Assembly (NCBI RefSeq): GCF_902713615.1
Contig: NC_052157.1
Span: forward strand, 140,779,171-140,843,170
Reading direction: 5' to 3'
Origin: Scyliorhinus canicula
Taxonomy: Eukaryota
Length of the DNA stretch: 64,000 nt
Part shown: piece after piece, positions 23,801 through 35,553 of the stretch
Position numbering within the stretch: position 1 is the first letter of the stretch
How the letters are laid out: every line of letters begins with the position of its first letter
Position numbers and translations under genes: made by a program
The notes under the pieces: generated by a model
Told to the model about the DNA's origin: nothing
The model's database searches: none
What the model saw: the letters and a program-made list of their open reading frames with translations, nothing else

Positions 23801-26585
23801 CTCCTCTTGTGCAAGAATGAGCCAGATACAGTTTAAAGTGGTGGGGCGAGAATGAGTGGGTTCTTTCAGGAGGCAGCAGATGAGTGTGAGAGGTGTGGAG
23901 GGGGGGGGGGGGGGGGGGGGGCAGCGAATCACGCGCACATGTTTTGGGATTGGGAAAAATTGGGAAGATTCTGGGTGGGAGTGTTCGTGGCCTTAGCCAG
24001 GATAGTGGAGGAGGACGTGGACCCAGACCCTTTGGTGGCGATATTTAGGGTTTCAGCGAAGCCAGAGCTCATGGAGAGGAGGAAGGCCGATGTCGTGGCC
24101 TTCGCCTCTCGGATTGCACGGCGGTGGATTTTGCTTGATTGGCGGTCGGCATTGCCACCTGGGATAGCGACTTGGTTGGGTGACCTGTACGACTTCCTGC
24201 GGTTAGAGAAGATAAAGTATGAGTTAAGGGGCTCTGCAGAGGGGGCTTGAGGAAAGGTTGAGGATATTTGTGACCGTATTTGAGGAGCTGTTCGTCGCAA
24301 AGGGACCGTACGGACCGTATAGATGATTGTTGGGAAGTATGTTTCATAGAATAGAACAGTACAGCACAGAACAGGCCCTTCGGCCCTCGATGTTGTGCCG
24401 AGCCATGATCACCCTACTTAAACCCACGTAACCCGTATACCCGTAACCCAACAATCCCCCCATTAACCTTACACTACGGGCAATTTAGCATGGCCAATCC
24501 ACCTAACCCGCACATCTTTGGACTGTGGGAGGAAACCGGAGCACCCGGAGGAAACCCACGCACACACGGGGAGGACGTGCAGACTCCACACTGACAGTGA
24601 CCCAGCCGGGAATCGAACCTGGGACCCTGGAGCTGTGAAGCATTGATGCTAACCACCATGCTACCGTGAGGTGTTTATTTGCTGTAACCTGTTTTGATAC
24701 ATATTTGTAATAAAATATATATATTTTAAATGTTTGAGGAGCTGTTCGTCGCGCGGGGTGGGGGGGGGGGGGGGGGGGGGGGGAGGAGGGGGGTGAAAAA
24801 GGGAACATTTGTACAAACTGTATCGTTGTGTGTTGGGGAGCTTTGCTCCGCGAATTGCTCATGTTTTGTAACCATTTATAGAAGTTTGGAATAAAATATA
24901 TTTAAAAGAAGAGATTGTAACTTTTTGCCAGTCAACTTTTAGTGCCACCTAGGTTTTTTTTATTTGTTCATGGGACGTGTACATCGCAGGCTGTGTCAGC
25001 ATTTATTACCCATCCCTAATTGCCCTTGAGGGGCAGTCAAGAGTCAACCACATTGCTGTGAGTCTGGAGTCACATATAGGCCAGACTTGGTGAGGCCGGC
25101 AGATTTCCTTCTCTAAGGGCCATTAGCGAACCAGATGGGCTTTTAGGACAATCGACAACGGTTTCATGGTCATCTTTAGACTTTTAATTTCATCAGCAGT
25201 AGTCTGGGTCTCTGGATTACTAGTCCAGGTACAATACCACTACGCCACCGCCTCCCCTTGACATGCCTTTCACCTGAGCCTGCTTTCAGCTGACATGCGT
25301 TTACAGGACAATCAACAGATTTGGAAAGCGAGCAAATAATCTGGATATTGTACATGAGGTGACAGGGAGGGGACTGTAGCCATCTGAGATGGCAACCTGC
25401 AAAGGACCATGGGAATTGTGGCCAACCCAGGACTCAGACAGATACAGAGCTTGTGTGAATTTGCAACCCAGATAGCTAGACCTGATCGAAACCCCCGCTC
25501 GTTTGCATTCTAATGGCCCATTTCCCCAGAACAATAGGACTGCACTCAAAACCGATACAGACACAGACTAATCGGCACCAACCCCCAACCACCAAAGGTC
25601 AATGGCCGCTAAGGACCCGCCCAGCCACCAAGGCAACCCCCCTTTATTGGACAAAATCGAAAGCAGTGATCAAAGCCTGTCGAATTATTGGGTCCAAGAT
25701 TAAGGACCGCCCCAAAGAGCGCAAAACCCTAGAGGGATAAAAAGAGACACAGCCATGTGTTCGGTCTCTTTTTGACCCGGCCTGTGCCAGCCCAACTGCA
25801 GCATAACGACCAGACAGCCAAGTTCAAGACCAACGATCGCTACCTGACAGATGAGCTCAACAGAGACAGAGTCACTTATTCAAACCAGCCACGTGAGATC
25901 AAGATAAAGCCCTTATCAATCTGCACAGCGCCGGTCACCCTGAAGTTAGGCATAGGTTATTGTAGCTGATAGGTGTAGTTTAACTTGTAGTATATTGTGC
26001 TTGCATGTCAAAGTAACCCTTGTGTGTAAATAAACCATCTTTGAACTTCAACTGACTAACTGGTTGTGTGTGTGGTCATTTGACCGATATATGGGAAAGC
26101 CTTGTGGATCAGTAAGAGAAACAGAAACACCCACAGTACTGGCCACACTGTTGGGACATAACATCAGATCATTAATAGAGCCTCATCACATTATTGACAA
26201 CAGGACCTACATCACTGAGCCCAGACCCTTGTTGATGTCCCAGCAGGAGTGGCAAACAATGCGATCATGTTGCAATTCGGGCGTTACTTACAGCACCAGC
26301 TGAGACCACTGGCTGGTTTAAATCTGAAATAAAGGTGATTGCCTCCGCGTTCGGAACTGAAAAAGAAAATAATATTTGCAGCTTTTGGCAACTCAGTTCG
26401 TCAACATTCCTCAGTAGCCGGACCAGCTCTCTCCTTCGCCCATGCTGCAACTCTGGGTCACAAAACCGGTGGACGTCTGCCGGAAACTGCTCCATTTTGG
26501 CGCGATACATTTTGTAATACAAGTTCTCCCCCCCGCACTTTCTCAGTTCGACTGTCTCCCACTGCATTTCGCCATCTGCCTCCAT
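11583..26585 (-). CDS. Uncharacterised class I SAM-dependent methyltransferase-like protein, 4 coding exons: 26585-26292, 19914-19810, 12479-12410, 11875-11583 (253 aa)
   Basis: Exons join in frame (phases 0,0,1) at canonical GT-AG sites. Junction 1 reconstitutes the Gly-rich motif I VVSAGA|GTGYW, followed by VDLIAFD, PDRVLFLAWP, IILHVGE and LPNWPGHLDSLTMWKR. Confidence 0.9.
12410..12479 (-). CDS. Methyltransferase-like gene, exon 3: TSGPEILEQFPDRVLFLAWPDID
   Basis: TTTTGTAACTTTAG acceptor, 70 nt, GTAAGA donor (phase 1). Confidence 0.9.
12690..16060. repeat. Decayed CR1-group LINE (plus, about 12690-13650 and 15060-16060) interrupted by an opposite-strand CR1 (about 13655-15055)
   Basis: RT remnants (GPDN, PLAKLFQ, QFGFR) and CR1 3' tails. 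Confidence 0.65.
14527..14728 (-). mobile_element. HE1-type SINE, A-tailed variant, inserted in CR1
   Basis: Reverse complement of the 8814 type; flanking AACAGAAAAG duplication. Confidence 0.8.
17482..17775 (+). mobile_element. HE1-type SINE
   Basis: Head, core and tail match the other copies. Confidence 0.85.
19810..19914 (-). CDS. Methyltransferase-like gene, exon 2: GTGYWEYLLKSQGVDLIAFDKNIVYPPEMRYSEIV
   Basis: TTTTTTGATGTTAG acceptor, 105 nt, GTACGT donor. Confidence 0.9.
20829..21531 (-). mobile_element. 5'-truncated L1-clade LINE (ORF2 C-terminal Cys-rich region, G-rich 3'UTR, AATAAA and A tail) inserted in an older CR1
   Basis: QLKVLHRAH..RCGRC..HTHMFWACP; perfect 16-bp TSD CACACCTCACTCTTCT (20813-20828 and 21532-21547). 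Confidence 0.92.
22258..22604 (-). mobile_element. HE1-type SINE
   Basis: Reverse-complement core GGACTGTGGGAGGAAACCGGAGCACCC. Confidence 0.85.
22930..23110 (-). mobile_element. HE1-type SINE 3' half
   Basis: Tail and partial core. Confidence 0.7.
23291..23515. mobile_element. Penelope-like element remnant: inverted pseudo-LTR palindrome (about 87-bp arms)
   Basis: 23291-23377 is the near-perfect reverse complement of 23391-23477. Confidence 0.8.
23391..23428 (+). ncRNA. Minimal type I hammerhead ribozyme motif (mirror copy on minus at 23340-23377)
   Basis: CAC-CTGAGGA-A-GGAGC AGT GCTC(C/T)-GAAA-GCTC-GTG: CUGANGA/GAAA core, stem II hairpin, palindromic AGCT stem III. Confidence 0.65.
23650..24910 (+). 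mobile_element. Tandem 3' fragments of L1-clade LINEs with an inserted SINE
   Basis: CERC..HAHMFW, LYDFLRLEK.KYELRG present twice, TTTGAGGAGCTGT three times, two AATAAAATATAT tails. Confidence 0.8.
24346..24668 (-). mobile_element. Young HE1-type SINE inserted into an L1 3'UTR
   Basis: Complete core; TTCTATTCTATG tail shared with the CR1 at 2208. Confidence 0.9.
25355..26135 (+). mobile_element. Solo LTR (about 780 bp) in intron 1 of the methyltransferase-like gene
   Basis: TG..CA ends, GATAAAAA TATA-like motif at about 25736, AATAAA at about 26029, flanks GTACA/GTACT. Confidence 0.55.
26292..26585 (-). CDS. Methyltransferase-like gene, coding exon 1 (98 aa)
   Basis: GCAATGG Kozak in a CpG-rich patch; ends ...PVVSAGA then GTAAGT donor. 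Confidence 0.88.
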
Positions 26586-26720
26586 TGCTGCCTCCCCCTG
26601 CGGGAACTGTCGCTCGCTCTGACGGTGGAGGAAGTCAGCACAACATTAAAGCGGCGCAGCACCTCCCCGCGGCAAAACAAATCACTGCAGGCAAGATGCC
26701 GACGAAGAAGTTTCCTTCAA
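26330..26720. promoter_or_regulatory. CpG-rich patch over the first exon/promoter of the methyltransferase-like gene
   Basis: Local CpG enrichment in non-repeat sequence within an AT-rich background. Confidence 0.5.
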
Positions 26721-28087
26721 GCTCAAGATTTGGGATCACAACTGCAATTGCATCAAAAAAAAGGCTAACAGGTCGTTTTGTGTTCAATTTGGTGAAAGCA
26801 GTTTTTAAAAAAAATAAATAAACCTTTGTATTATTTTATGAATGAACAATGAGGATTAGCAATGAAGAGTGGGATTGATGATGATGGCAGATTTGTGAAG
26901 ATTGTTTAGTTTAACTAAAGGCATCCAAGAGGGGCTGTGAAACAAGTGACTTTTTAAACAAAAATGAATATTAATTCAAATAGTGGAAACGCATTTGCTT
27001 TTTGAAATGACTGGAAGTAATTCTTAAAATGTGCTCACCATTTGTATGCACTGAATAGCTCAAAGAATGGGCACTAACATTTTCTTGGTGTTGAAATCTG
27101 CACCATTTCCCAATTGAAGTTTATTAAAGACAAGCTGGTTTGAAGGGAGAGGTCCTGAGGAAAAGCTCGAGACAGCAGTTTACTGTAACATCTCCAGACT
27201 AATTCGCAATCCTGCTATCCATAGAGACCTTAGCCACTTTAATAACTTTGAAAACCATAGTTTTCCTAGTCTGGAATACTCAGAATTCGGATATTGTGAA
27301 AGTGACACAACATAAACCGGACAGACAGACAGGACGTTTAAAATATCGCTGTTGGTGAAAATCTTCGACTAAAATTGTAAACCCTGGAGATACTCAGTAG
27401 GCCAGGCAAGAACTGTGGAGAGAACTGATGTTTGAGGCACAGATCCTGATCTAAAATTTAAAGATATGAGAGAAATGCGTTTTAAAATGGGGACAGAAGA
27501 AAGGGAAGAGGAAAGCAAATGGGTGTAAATTGAGAGAGGTAGATACTTAGTGAGACCTTGGTTTCCTCGTGCATCAGTCCCTGAAAGTAAATGTGCAGGT
27601 AAGTACAGCAGGCAGTAAAGGCGGCAAATGGTACGTTAACCTTCATTGCGAGAGGGTTTGAGTATAGGAATAGGGATTCTTTACTGCATTTGTTTTTTTT
27701 TTATATTTTTATTCAAAATCTAAATTTATAACAAATACATCATCAAAACCAGAAAGAGAATATTACATAGTACAATATCATAAAAAAGAAAAGACACACA
27801 CCCAATCATATAGATCCCACCCAATTCCCGTGTCTGAATGGGTCTCACGTCCCACAACCCAAAGGTGTGCAGGACGGCACAGTGGTGAACACTGCTGCAT
27901 CAAGCGCCAGGGACCTGGGTTCAATTCTGCCCTGTGACTGTCTGTGTGGAGTTTGTTTGTTCTCATTGTGTCTGTGACGGAAATCTGAAATTGAAAAATA
28001 AATACTCAGCAGGGCCAAGGGGCATCTGTGGAGAGAAAATTAGCTAACGTTTCTGACCGTCATTGGCCTGAGGTTAATTTTGTTCCT

Positions 28088-28355
28088 TGTTATAATCCAC
28101 ACGGGTCTTAATGGGTAGGGATGATTCACTACCTCATGGAATATGCAGAATACGTGCTCCCCAGATAAGGGGGAAGGGGATCCTTAACACAGTTCATGTG
28201 CTTTTGTATAAATAGAGCAGGCTTGTCAGGCACCGACTAGAGATGACCCTGTAGGGAACTAATGGAGCTATACATAATCATTAACGTCTTAAATAAAAGA
28301 TGTTTTGTTTTTCTCCACAACTTGGTGTGGACTCCTCTTGTTGCCCCGTGCAAAA
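28088..28355 (+). mobile_element. Short solo LTR splitting a Penelope-type palindromic repeat
   Basis: TGTT start, TATAAATAGAG, AATAAA; similar to 62841-63047. Confidence 0.55.
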
Positions 28356-28419
28356 CCTATATTATGATAAATGCTGCTAGACCTGGGCGTTTGTGACATC
28401 TTTTTTGATTTATTTCCAG

Positions 28420-28680
28420 TATCCAGTCTGCACGTCCTCCCCGTGTGTGCGTGGGTTTCCTCCGGGTGCTCCGGTTTCTTCCCACAGTCCAAAGATGTGC
28501 GGGTTAGGTAGATTGGCCATGCTAAATTGCCCGTAGTGTCCTAAAAAGTAAGGTTAAGGGGGGAGTTGTTGGGTTACGGGTATAGGGTGGATACGTGGGT
28601 TTGAGTAGGGTGATCATGGCTCGGCACAACATCGAGGGCCGAAGGGCCTGTTCTGTGCTGTACTGTCCTATGTTCTATGT
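28420..28680 (+). mobile_element. 5'-truncated HE1-type SINE (head fragment at about 27872-27975)
   Basis: Core plus TTCTATG tail. Confidence 0.8.
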
Positions 28681-31291
28681 GGTATTTTGCTTCTGTTCTT
28701 CATTATGGTGCTGCTATGTGCACAAGCAATGTAATCAGATTTGCCCTAGTAGGAAATTATAGACCTGTTAGTCTAACATCTGCTGTGGGGATATGTTCCT
28801 GGAATCTATAATTAAGGACTGAGAGACTGAAAACTTGGAGAAATTTGAGCTGATTAGAGAGAACCAACATAGATTTGTGAATGACAGGTCACGTTCAACA
28901 AACTTAATTGAATATTTTGAGCATGTAACTAAAGTAGTAGACAACAAAGTGCCTATAGACATAATTTATGTGGACTTCCAAAGGCATTGATTTGATTCCA
29001 CATTAGTGATTATTAGCTAAAACTTAAGCTCCGTAATTGAAGGCAAATTATTGACCTGTTTAGGAGATTGGATAGGTCACAGCAGACAGAGAGTAGGGAT
29101 AATAGTTAAGTATTTGAATTGGAAGGAAGTGACTTTTTAAGTGCCATAAAGACCTGTGCTGGAGTCTCAAATATTTTTAATGTTTTCAGAGCACAATAGA
29201 AACCCATTTATTGATGTTTTCCAATGACATAAAGGTTGGTGCAATGGTACATGGTGTAGATTACAAAGACACATTGATAGTCAATTGGGTGGGAAAAACT
29301 GTGGTGGGTCGATTCTGACACAGGTACATATGAAACCGTCCATTCTGGTCCACCAAAGGATAGATTAGGATATTTCTGAAATAAATAAAATAAAATAAAT
29401 AATCTTTATTGTCACAAGTAGGCTTGCATTAACACTGCAATGAAGTTACTGTGAAAAGCCCCTAGTTGCCATATTGCGGCACCTGTTCGGGTACACAGAG
29501 GGTGAATTCAGAATTCTTAGCTGGTACGTGCTGCTGACCTTGTTCTGCATCACAAACCAGCCGTCTAGCCCACTGAGCTACGGTGAAAAACAAGGAACAA
29601 CGAAGAGATGAGAGGCACAATTCAATGGAAACATTTCTAAGTGTCATTTTGGGCGCGTTTGGCGGGAGTTTCTCGGCAGTAGCGTTGGCAAGATCACGGC
29701 ACGTAGTGACAATATGAGCCCCCATGTGAATCTCGCCATTACTGGTTGTCTTGCCGTCTGATTCACTCATGCCTCAGCGTCTTGTCACTAACAAGGAGGA
29801 GCTGCTCTTAAGCACTCCCCTCATCTCTCACTCCGAGTCAACACAAAAGCATGGCAACATGCAGACGTGCTCCTCGCTTTGTGGATGCCAAACTAGCAAG
29901 GCCTCTTACGCTGTCAATGCAAGATGGGACATCCTGTTCCCCTGAGGTGGATGGAGGTCCAGCAGTAGAATCAGCAACGCCACCTGTGTGGCAGTGGCTA
30001 TCGGTGCAGGCAGCATGATCAGGACCACCCCGTCCAATGTCGGAATGACCTCCATTGGGCTGCAAGAGTGTTACCGCCTCTCTCCTGGCATCAGTTCCAC
30101 CTGCCACCCATCAAATTCCCAACCCCCCCCCCCCCCCCCCCACAGCTCACTGGCTGACACCTCGCACCCTCTACAAATCCGATCCTTGCGCTTGTCCTCA
30201 GACCCCACTGGCACACACCAGCACAACCCCTTCATGTCCAGTTGCGGTGCCCACACATGCCACCTAGTATGGATCCCCCGACCCTTCAAGCATGCAGATC
30301 ACAGTGCCCTTTCTTTGTCCCCACAGTAGAAGATAGCCCATAATAAGCGAGAAAGGGCCAAGACAGGGGGCGGAGTCCCAGAGACCCAGGTCCTTACATT
30401 GCATTGGAACTGCATTTTGAGGAGTCTGATGCACTGCTCAATGACAGCACTGGTGGCAGCGTGGGTGTCATGATATCGGGTCTCCGCCTCGACAGCATCA
30501 TCAGCTAGAACCTCGGCAGGTACTCCTTATCTCCCAAGAGCCAACCGTCATCCTGGGTGGTCCTCAAAGACGCCAGGGATCTCCGAGTGCCCCAGGATTT
30601 GGCTGTAATGCGTGCTCCCTGGGTAGTGTGCTTACTCGTGCAAGATACGGACACAATCCGAACATTCAGGGGATGGGACTATTTCCTGTTAATATAGGAT
30701 ACTCCCTGTTGCCCTGATGCATGCAAAGCGACATGTGTGCCATCTATTGCCCCCTGGACCTGGGGCACCCGGGTGATGGCGGAGAATCCTACATCCTGGA
30801 TATAATATGAATAATCGCTTATTGTCACGAGAAGGCTTCAATTAAGTTACTGTGAAAAGCCCCTAGTCGCCACATTCCAGCACCTGTTCGGGGAGGCCAG
30901 TACGGGAATTGAACCCGCGCTGCTGGCATTGTTCTGCATTACAAGCCAGCTGTTTAGCCCACTGTGCTAACCAGCCCCATCTGGGTGAGTCTGGGCTAGC
31001 TCAAAGTTGATGGATGCCTGGGCATACAGGGTATCCGTGACCTCCCAGATGGACCTGTGCACTATAGCTTGAGAAATGCTGCAAAGGATCCAGCTCAAAC
31101 CCTGGAATGAGCTGGTTGTATACAGGTTCAGGGCTGAGGTCACCTTCATGGCCACTGAGAGTGGGTGTCCTCCTCCAGAGGGTGCCATGACCGCGAGGAT
31201 CTGGCACAGATGTGGCACTGTCTCTTTGTTGAGACAGAGTCTCCTACGGCACATGTTGTCTGTCATCTCATCAAAAGACCAAAGACATCTG

Positions 31292-31770
31292 TGTGGTGAT
31301 ATATGCATCACTGTAGGTACACAAGGGGTTAATGTAAATACATGTAGACTAGCTAGACACTAGAGGGAGCACCAGAGACATGACACACAGACACTCAACC
31401 AATAGGTCAGTTAGATAGGACACGACCAATGGGCAATCGCGATACACACAGAGGTGACACTAACACAGGAGGGTATTACACCAACCCATATATAAAGGAC
31501 ACAACACACATGATCTTCCTCTTTCCAGTGGAGACACTCAGTGAGTTCAGACACAGGGTTGATTCAATATCACACCCACCACGTGGATTGTAGCAGACTG
31601 GTTTGTCAGTCTGAGTAGCTATGGAAGGATTAACAGCAGTGGCGAACCCAAGTAGGAGAATTATAAATAGTTCAATAAACGTGTTGAAGTTATCTCCACG
31701 TCTGAACCTTCCTTTGTCAGAGTGCACATCAAGGAAGCCGTTTATGCTACGCCAAGAGGATTACAAGACA
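31292..31770 (+). mobile_element. Solo LTR inserted in the Harbinger transposase
   Basis: TG..CA ends, CCAAT, TATATAAA (about 31490), AATAAA (about 31675); interrupts transposase sequence; TSD unresolved. Confidence 0.6.
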
Positions 31771-32821
31771 GCTTGTACACCTTGAATCGTCGCTGGCCTC
31801 CCCCTCTGGGTTCCTCCTTGGCCTGATGGAGGGGGGCAGGGTCTTCAGGGTGTGCAGCGGCTCCCTGCAGGTGGGGTGCTGCCCCAGCCAGTGTTGCTGC
31901 TGCTACCGTCTTCTCTGGTGTTTGCCTGCCTCGGCTGCCACCAACAACAGGAGGGCAGCCTCTGAGGGATCTACATCAGCAAACATGTTTTAATCTGGAA
32001 GGCATTGAAGAAGAAGAGACACCGACAATCTGTTAAGGCATCCATCACGGGACACTCAAATCCCACAAGCCCCACCCTTACCATGACTGTCCCACCTTAT
32101 CTCAGAGTGCCATCCAGTGAGCCAGTTGTGCTGGCAAACCTTGCTCTGCACACTCACCCCAGCCACATCAGGAGCCCCTAGACCCCAGACCTCTGCCGGG
32201 AACATTAGAGAGACCGTGCTCAGGTGCTCTCCCCTGATCCATACACTTACCCTTTGGCCACGAGAGGATCCCCAGTGCTGAAGCCCAGCTCTTTCGTGTT
32301 TGATTGTTGGCAGCTGCCTCTATGGTGCTGACGCTCCAAGAGTTCAGACACAGTGTTAAGGCCTCAAAGATTCCTTCAGATGCTATGCACTAATCATCCT
32401 CTGAGGCATGACACATGTATCCTGGAGTAGGCACGTTAGAGTTGAGAATATTTTGTTTATTAAATGGTCAATAGTAACAATGATCAGAAAATCAACTGCG
32501 TAACATTCTGCACATCACTCTAACCATTAAACAATAAGGAAACATCACTGTTCCATATTGCTACACTGTCTCACCCCTCACAGGCTTCTCAACAGAAATG
32601 GGGGCTAAGCCTGAGGACGCATTATCATATCCAGAATTTCATCATAGAAATGATCTGTCCATCAATATGTTACTTGTTCCACATTTCAGTGTCATTCGCC
32701 GTCCAGGAGTGCAGCTGTGCAGGCCCTCCCACACGGCCTAATCTAACCGGAACCAAATCCTGGTATCCACATATTCCACTGGCGCTCAAGGTGCAGTGGA
32801 ACATCCTTAACTTGACATTGT

Positions 32822-33130
32822 GGGAGGCAGTGGCATAGTGGTATTGTCGCTGGACTAGTAATCCAGAGATTTAGGATAATAATCTGGGGATCTGTGTTCA
32901 AATCCCACGATGGCAGGTGATGGAATTTAAATATCTGGAATTAATGACCATGAAACCATTGGCAATTGCCAGAAAAACCTATCTGTCATCCTTACCTGGT
33001 CTAGCCTACATGTGACTCCAGACCCACAGCAACGTGGTTGACTCTTTACTGCCCCTCAAGGGCAATTTGGGATGGGCAATAAATGCTGGCGCAGTCTGCG
33101 ATGCCCACATCCCATGAACGATTTTTTTAA
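32822..33130 (+). mobile_element. Third tRNA-SINE family with CR1-like tail (others at about 62332-62607 plus and 24960-25258 minus)
   Basis: GGAGGCAGTGGCATAGTGGTATT head, GTTCAAATCC B box, GGGCAATAAATGC..CCCACATCCC tail. Confidence 0.7.
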
Positions 33131-35553
33131 AAAACTTCCAACGTGTTTAACCAGCCAGTTACATGCAGCACTCACCACATCCGCAACAAAGGCATCAGCA
33201 ACCTGTGAAAGCATTTCTTTAACAATGTCAACAGCTGACCCATTAGGAACAATATTTCACACCAGGTCCCGCAGCATCTTCTTGCTTCAACCCGGATTGC
33301 CTTCAGAACTCATAACCTGGTGTTCCAGGAGCCAGGTATTTTAGGAAAAATTGTCTTTCTTTCCGGCTACAGAAAAGGAAGGAAACAGCGACAGCAGCCT
33401 CCAGGCATCTGCAGCCACCAGCAGGAGCAAGCAGCAAGCACAACTTGCAACTGTGAAGTGCTCTCACAACTAACAAAGTTAATTCATCATTTGCAGTAGC
33501 CTTCAGCTGTGCGGCTGGAGGCTGGTCAAAGGGAGTGAAATTGAATGTCAGCATTGAAGGCATGGCAAGGCTCAATCCTGGAAGTGTTTGGTGGGATAGA
33601 CAGGCTGCAGCTTGCTCCTGTTATGGGTTTTAATAATAGTTAGAGATGGTTTGAAGTCCTCACAGACGCAAAGCCCGTCACTCCCACCCCTCGCCCACGC
33701 CCAGTCCGGGGCAACCCCCGATCTCGAACGCTTCAGCCCCCGGCCATGCCCAACCCCCCTGAGGGGTCCCTCCCCCTCCCCCCAGACACTGGGGCAGCAG
33801 CTCCAGTGCTCTTGAGCTGCATGCTGGAAAATGGAAATGGCTACTCACCCTCCTCACTTCCCCTCAGCAGCCATTGTGCCAGCTTCACGTTTTAAAAAGG
33901 AGTACTAAACGACGCCCGTGTGGATTCTCGCTGGTGGGTCGGGTAATTCCCGGGACGGCGCTGCATTCGACTTCAATCTCGCTAATGAGATTGAAATGAA
34001 TGCAAATGAGTGTTAACGATATGCTTGCCACCTTTGAGCGAGATCCGGAACTCGCCATTGAGAGCCGGCCGGGTGAATTGCAAACTGGTTTGCGTCTGGC
34101 GCAAATCTTGATTTTGGCCTTTCCCGCTATTTACCCGCTGGGCTCAGATCAGCGTCAGGCTCAGCGCGGTGGTTGAATCGCACCCGAGATGTAGGAGTTC
34201 ATGCACATAGATACTAAAATGTAGTAGTCAGGTGCAAAAAATAATCAAAAAGACCTAAAGCAATGTTAACCTTTTAACTAAGATCTAAGTGGGACATGAT
34301 GGGTCAAAGAGCCTCTTCTTGTGCGGTAAAACTCTATGACTCTATAAGGGACGATTATATAAAGCCATAGTTAGACCATATCTGGATAACTATGCATTAG
34401 AATAGTTATTATGACCATGGAAGAATTGCAGTGCAGATTCACCAGCATGTTACCAGAGCTTGAAGGGAGATTATAGACATGTGCATCATGGAATATAGAA
34501 GATGATTTGACTTAAGTTTCTAGAATTTTGGAAGGAATTGATCGGGTAGATGGACAAAAACTTTACTCAACATCTCCAAATTCTTTCCCACCAATGAAGT
34601 ACCTTTTGAAGTATAGTCACTGTGTTAACACAGCAGACATAGCAGGCAATTTTAAAGTCCCCACAAACAGCAATGTGTGCTGGTTGGAGGTCATTCATCT
34701 CAGTTCCAGGACATCACTGCAGGAGTTCCTCAGGGCAGTGTCCTCGGCCCAACCACCTTCCATTGCTTCATCAAGACCTTCCTTCCATCATGAGGTCAAA
34801 AATGGGGATGTTTGCTGATGACTACACAATATCCAGCACCATTCGCGATTCCTGAAACATCTCCAATTACAGCAAGACCTGGACAATATACAGTATTGGG
34901 CTGACAAATGGCAAGTAACATTCATGTCACAAAAGTGCCGTACAGTGACCATCTCAAACAAGTGAGAATCTGACTATCAATCTTGACATTCAATGGTATT
35001 ACCATAACTGAATCCCCCCATTATCAATATCCTGGGCATTACCATTGACCAGAATCTGAATAGGGGGGACAATGTGGTACGGTGCGGGAATAGCAACTTT
35101 TCCATGACCTCTGGCACCACTCTGAATGTAATCCTTCTTTCATCCTGTTTGCATGGCAACATGCTTGCCTAATCCAGGAGTTAATGCTCTGTAGTATGCT
35201 CCTAGAAGATGTTTGGATGAGTGTTGCAGAAAAAAGGCAAGGAATTCAAGAAATTGGGCAATAAAGGGAGCAGACAGCAGCAATAGGGTTGCTGCCATCT
35301 ATACAATATGGTGGACTGATCCTCAAACAGGATGTTGATCCGGCAATTTCTAAGATGCTGCAAATGATGACTGCAAACATTATCAACGATATCGGAGTAC
35401 TTGATGATAAACTCGGCTTGTTGACACAGAATCCAAGTGTACATGAGCCGCAGAACACTAATAAAAGGCTTGAGGAAATGGTAGAAAGAATCCTGAATGT
35501 CGAAAATGTTGCTTCCTTGGCTGAAGCTCACATTCATTCGTTGGGAAACCAGC

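Larger units (their letters stand above)
29613..34185 (-). mobile_element. Decayed PIF/Harbinger DNA transposon (transposase on minus, Myb/SANT-like ORF remnant on plus), carrying secondary insertions
   Basis: TIRs AGGCACAATTCAA / TTGAATCGCACCC; 3-bp TSD GAG; transposase PQVQGAIDGTHV (about 30730-30770) and MCRRRLCL..ALNLYTTSSFQ; plus-strand EKIAHNKRERAKTGGG (about 30330-30375). Confidence 0.8.

Noticed and set aside
11583-26585. Bacterial contamination as the source of the methyltransferase
   Set aside because: The gene has three spliceosomal introns filled with shark-type SINEs and LINEs and is contiguous with CRYBA1.
26339-26821. 160-aa plus-strand ORF over the CpG-rich patch
   Set aside because: It is the antisense shadow of the minus-strand methyltransferase exon 1, with no recognisable domain.
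30650-31311. HARBI1-like domesticated host gene
   Set aside because: The transposase is broken by stops, a SINE and a solo LTR, and sits within TIRs with a TSD, so it is a dead transposon.
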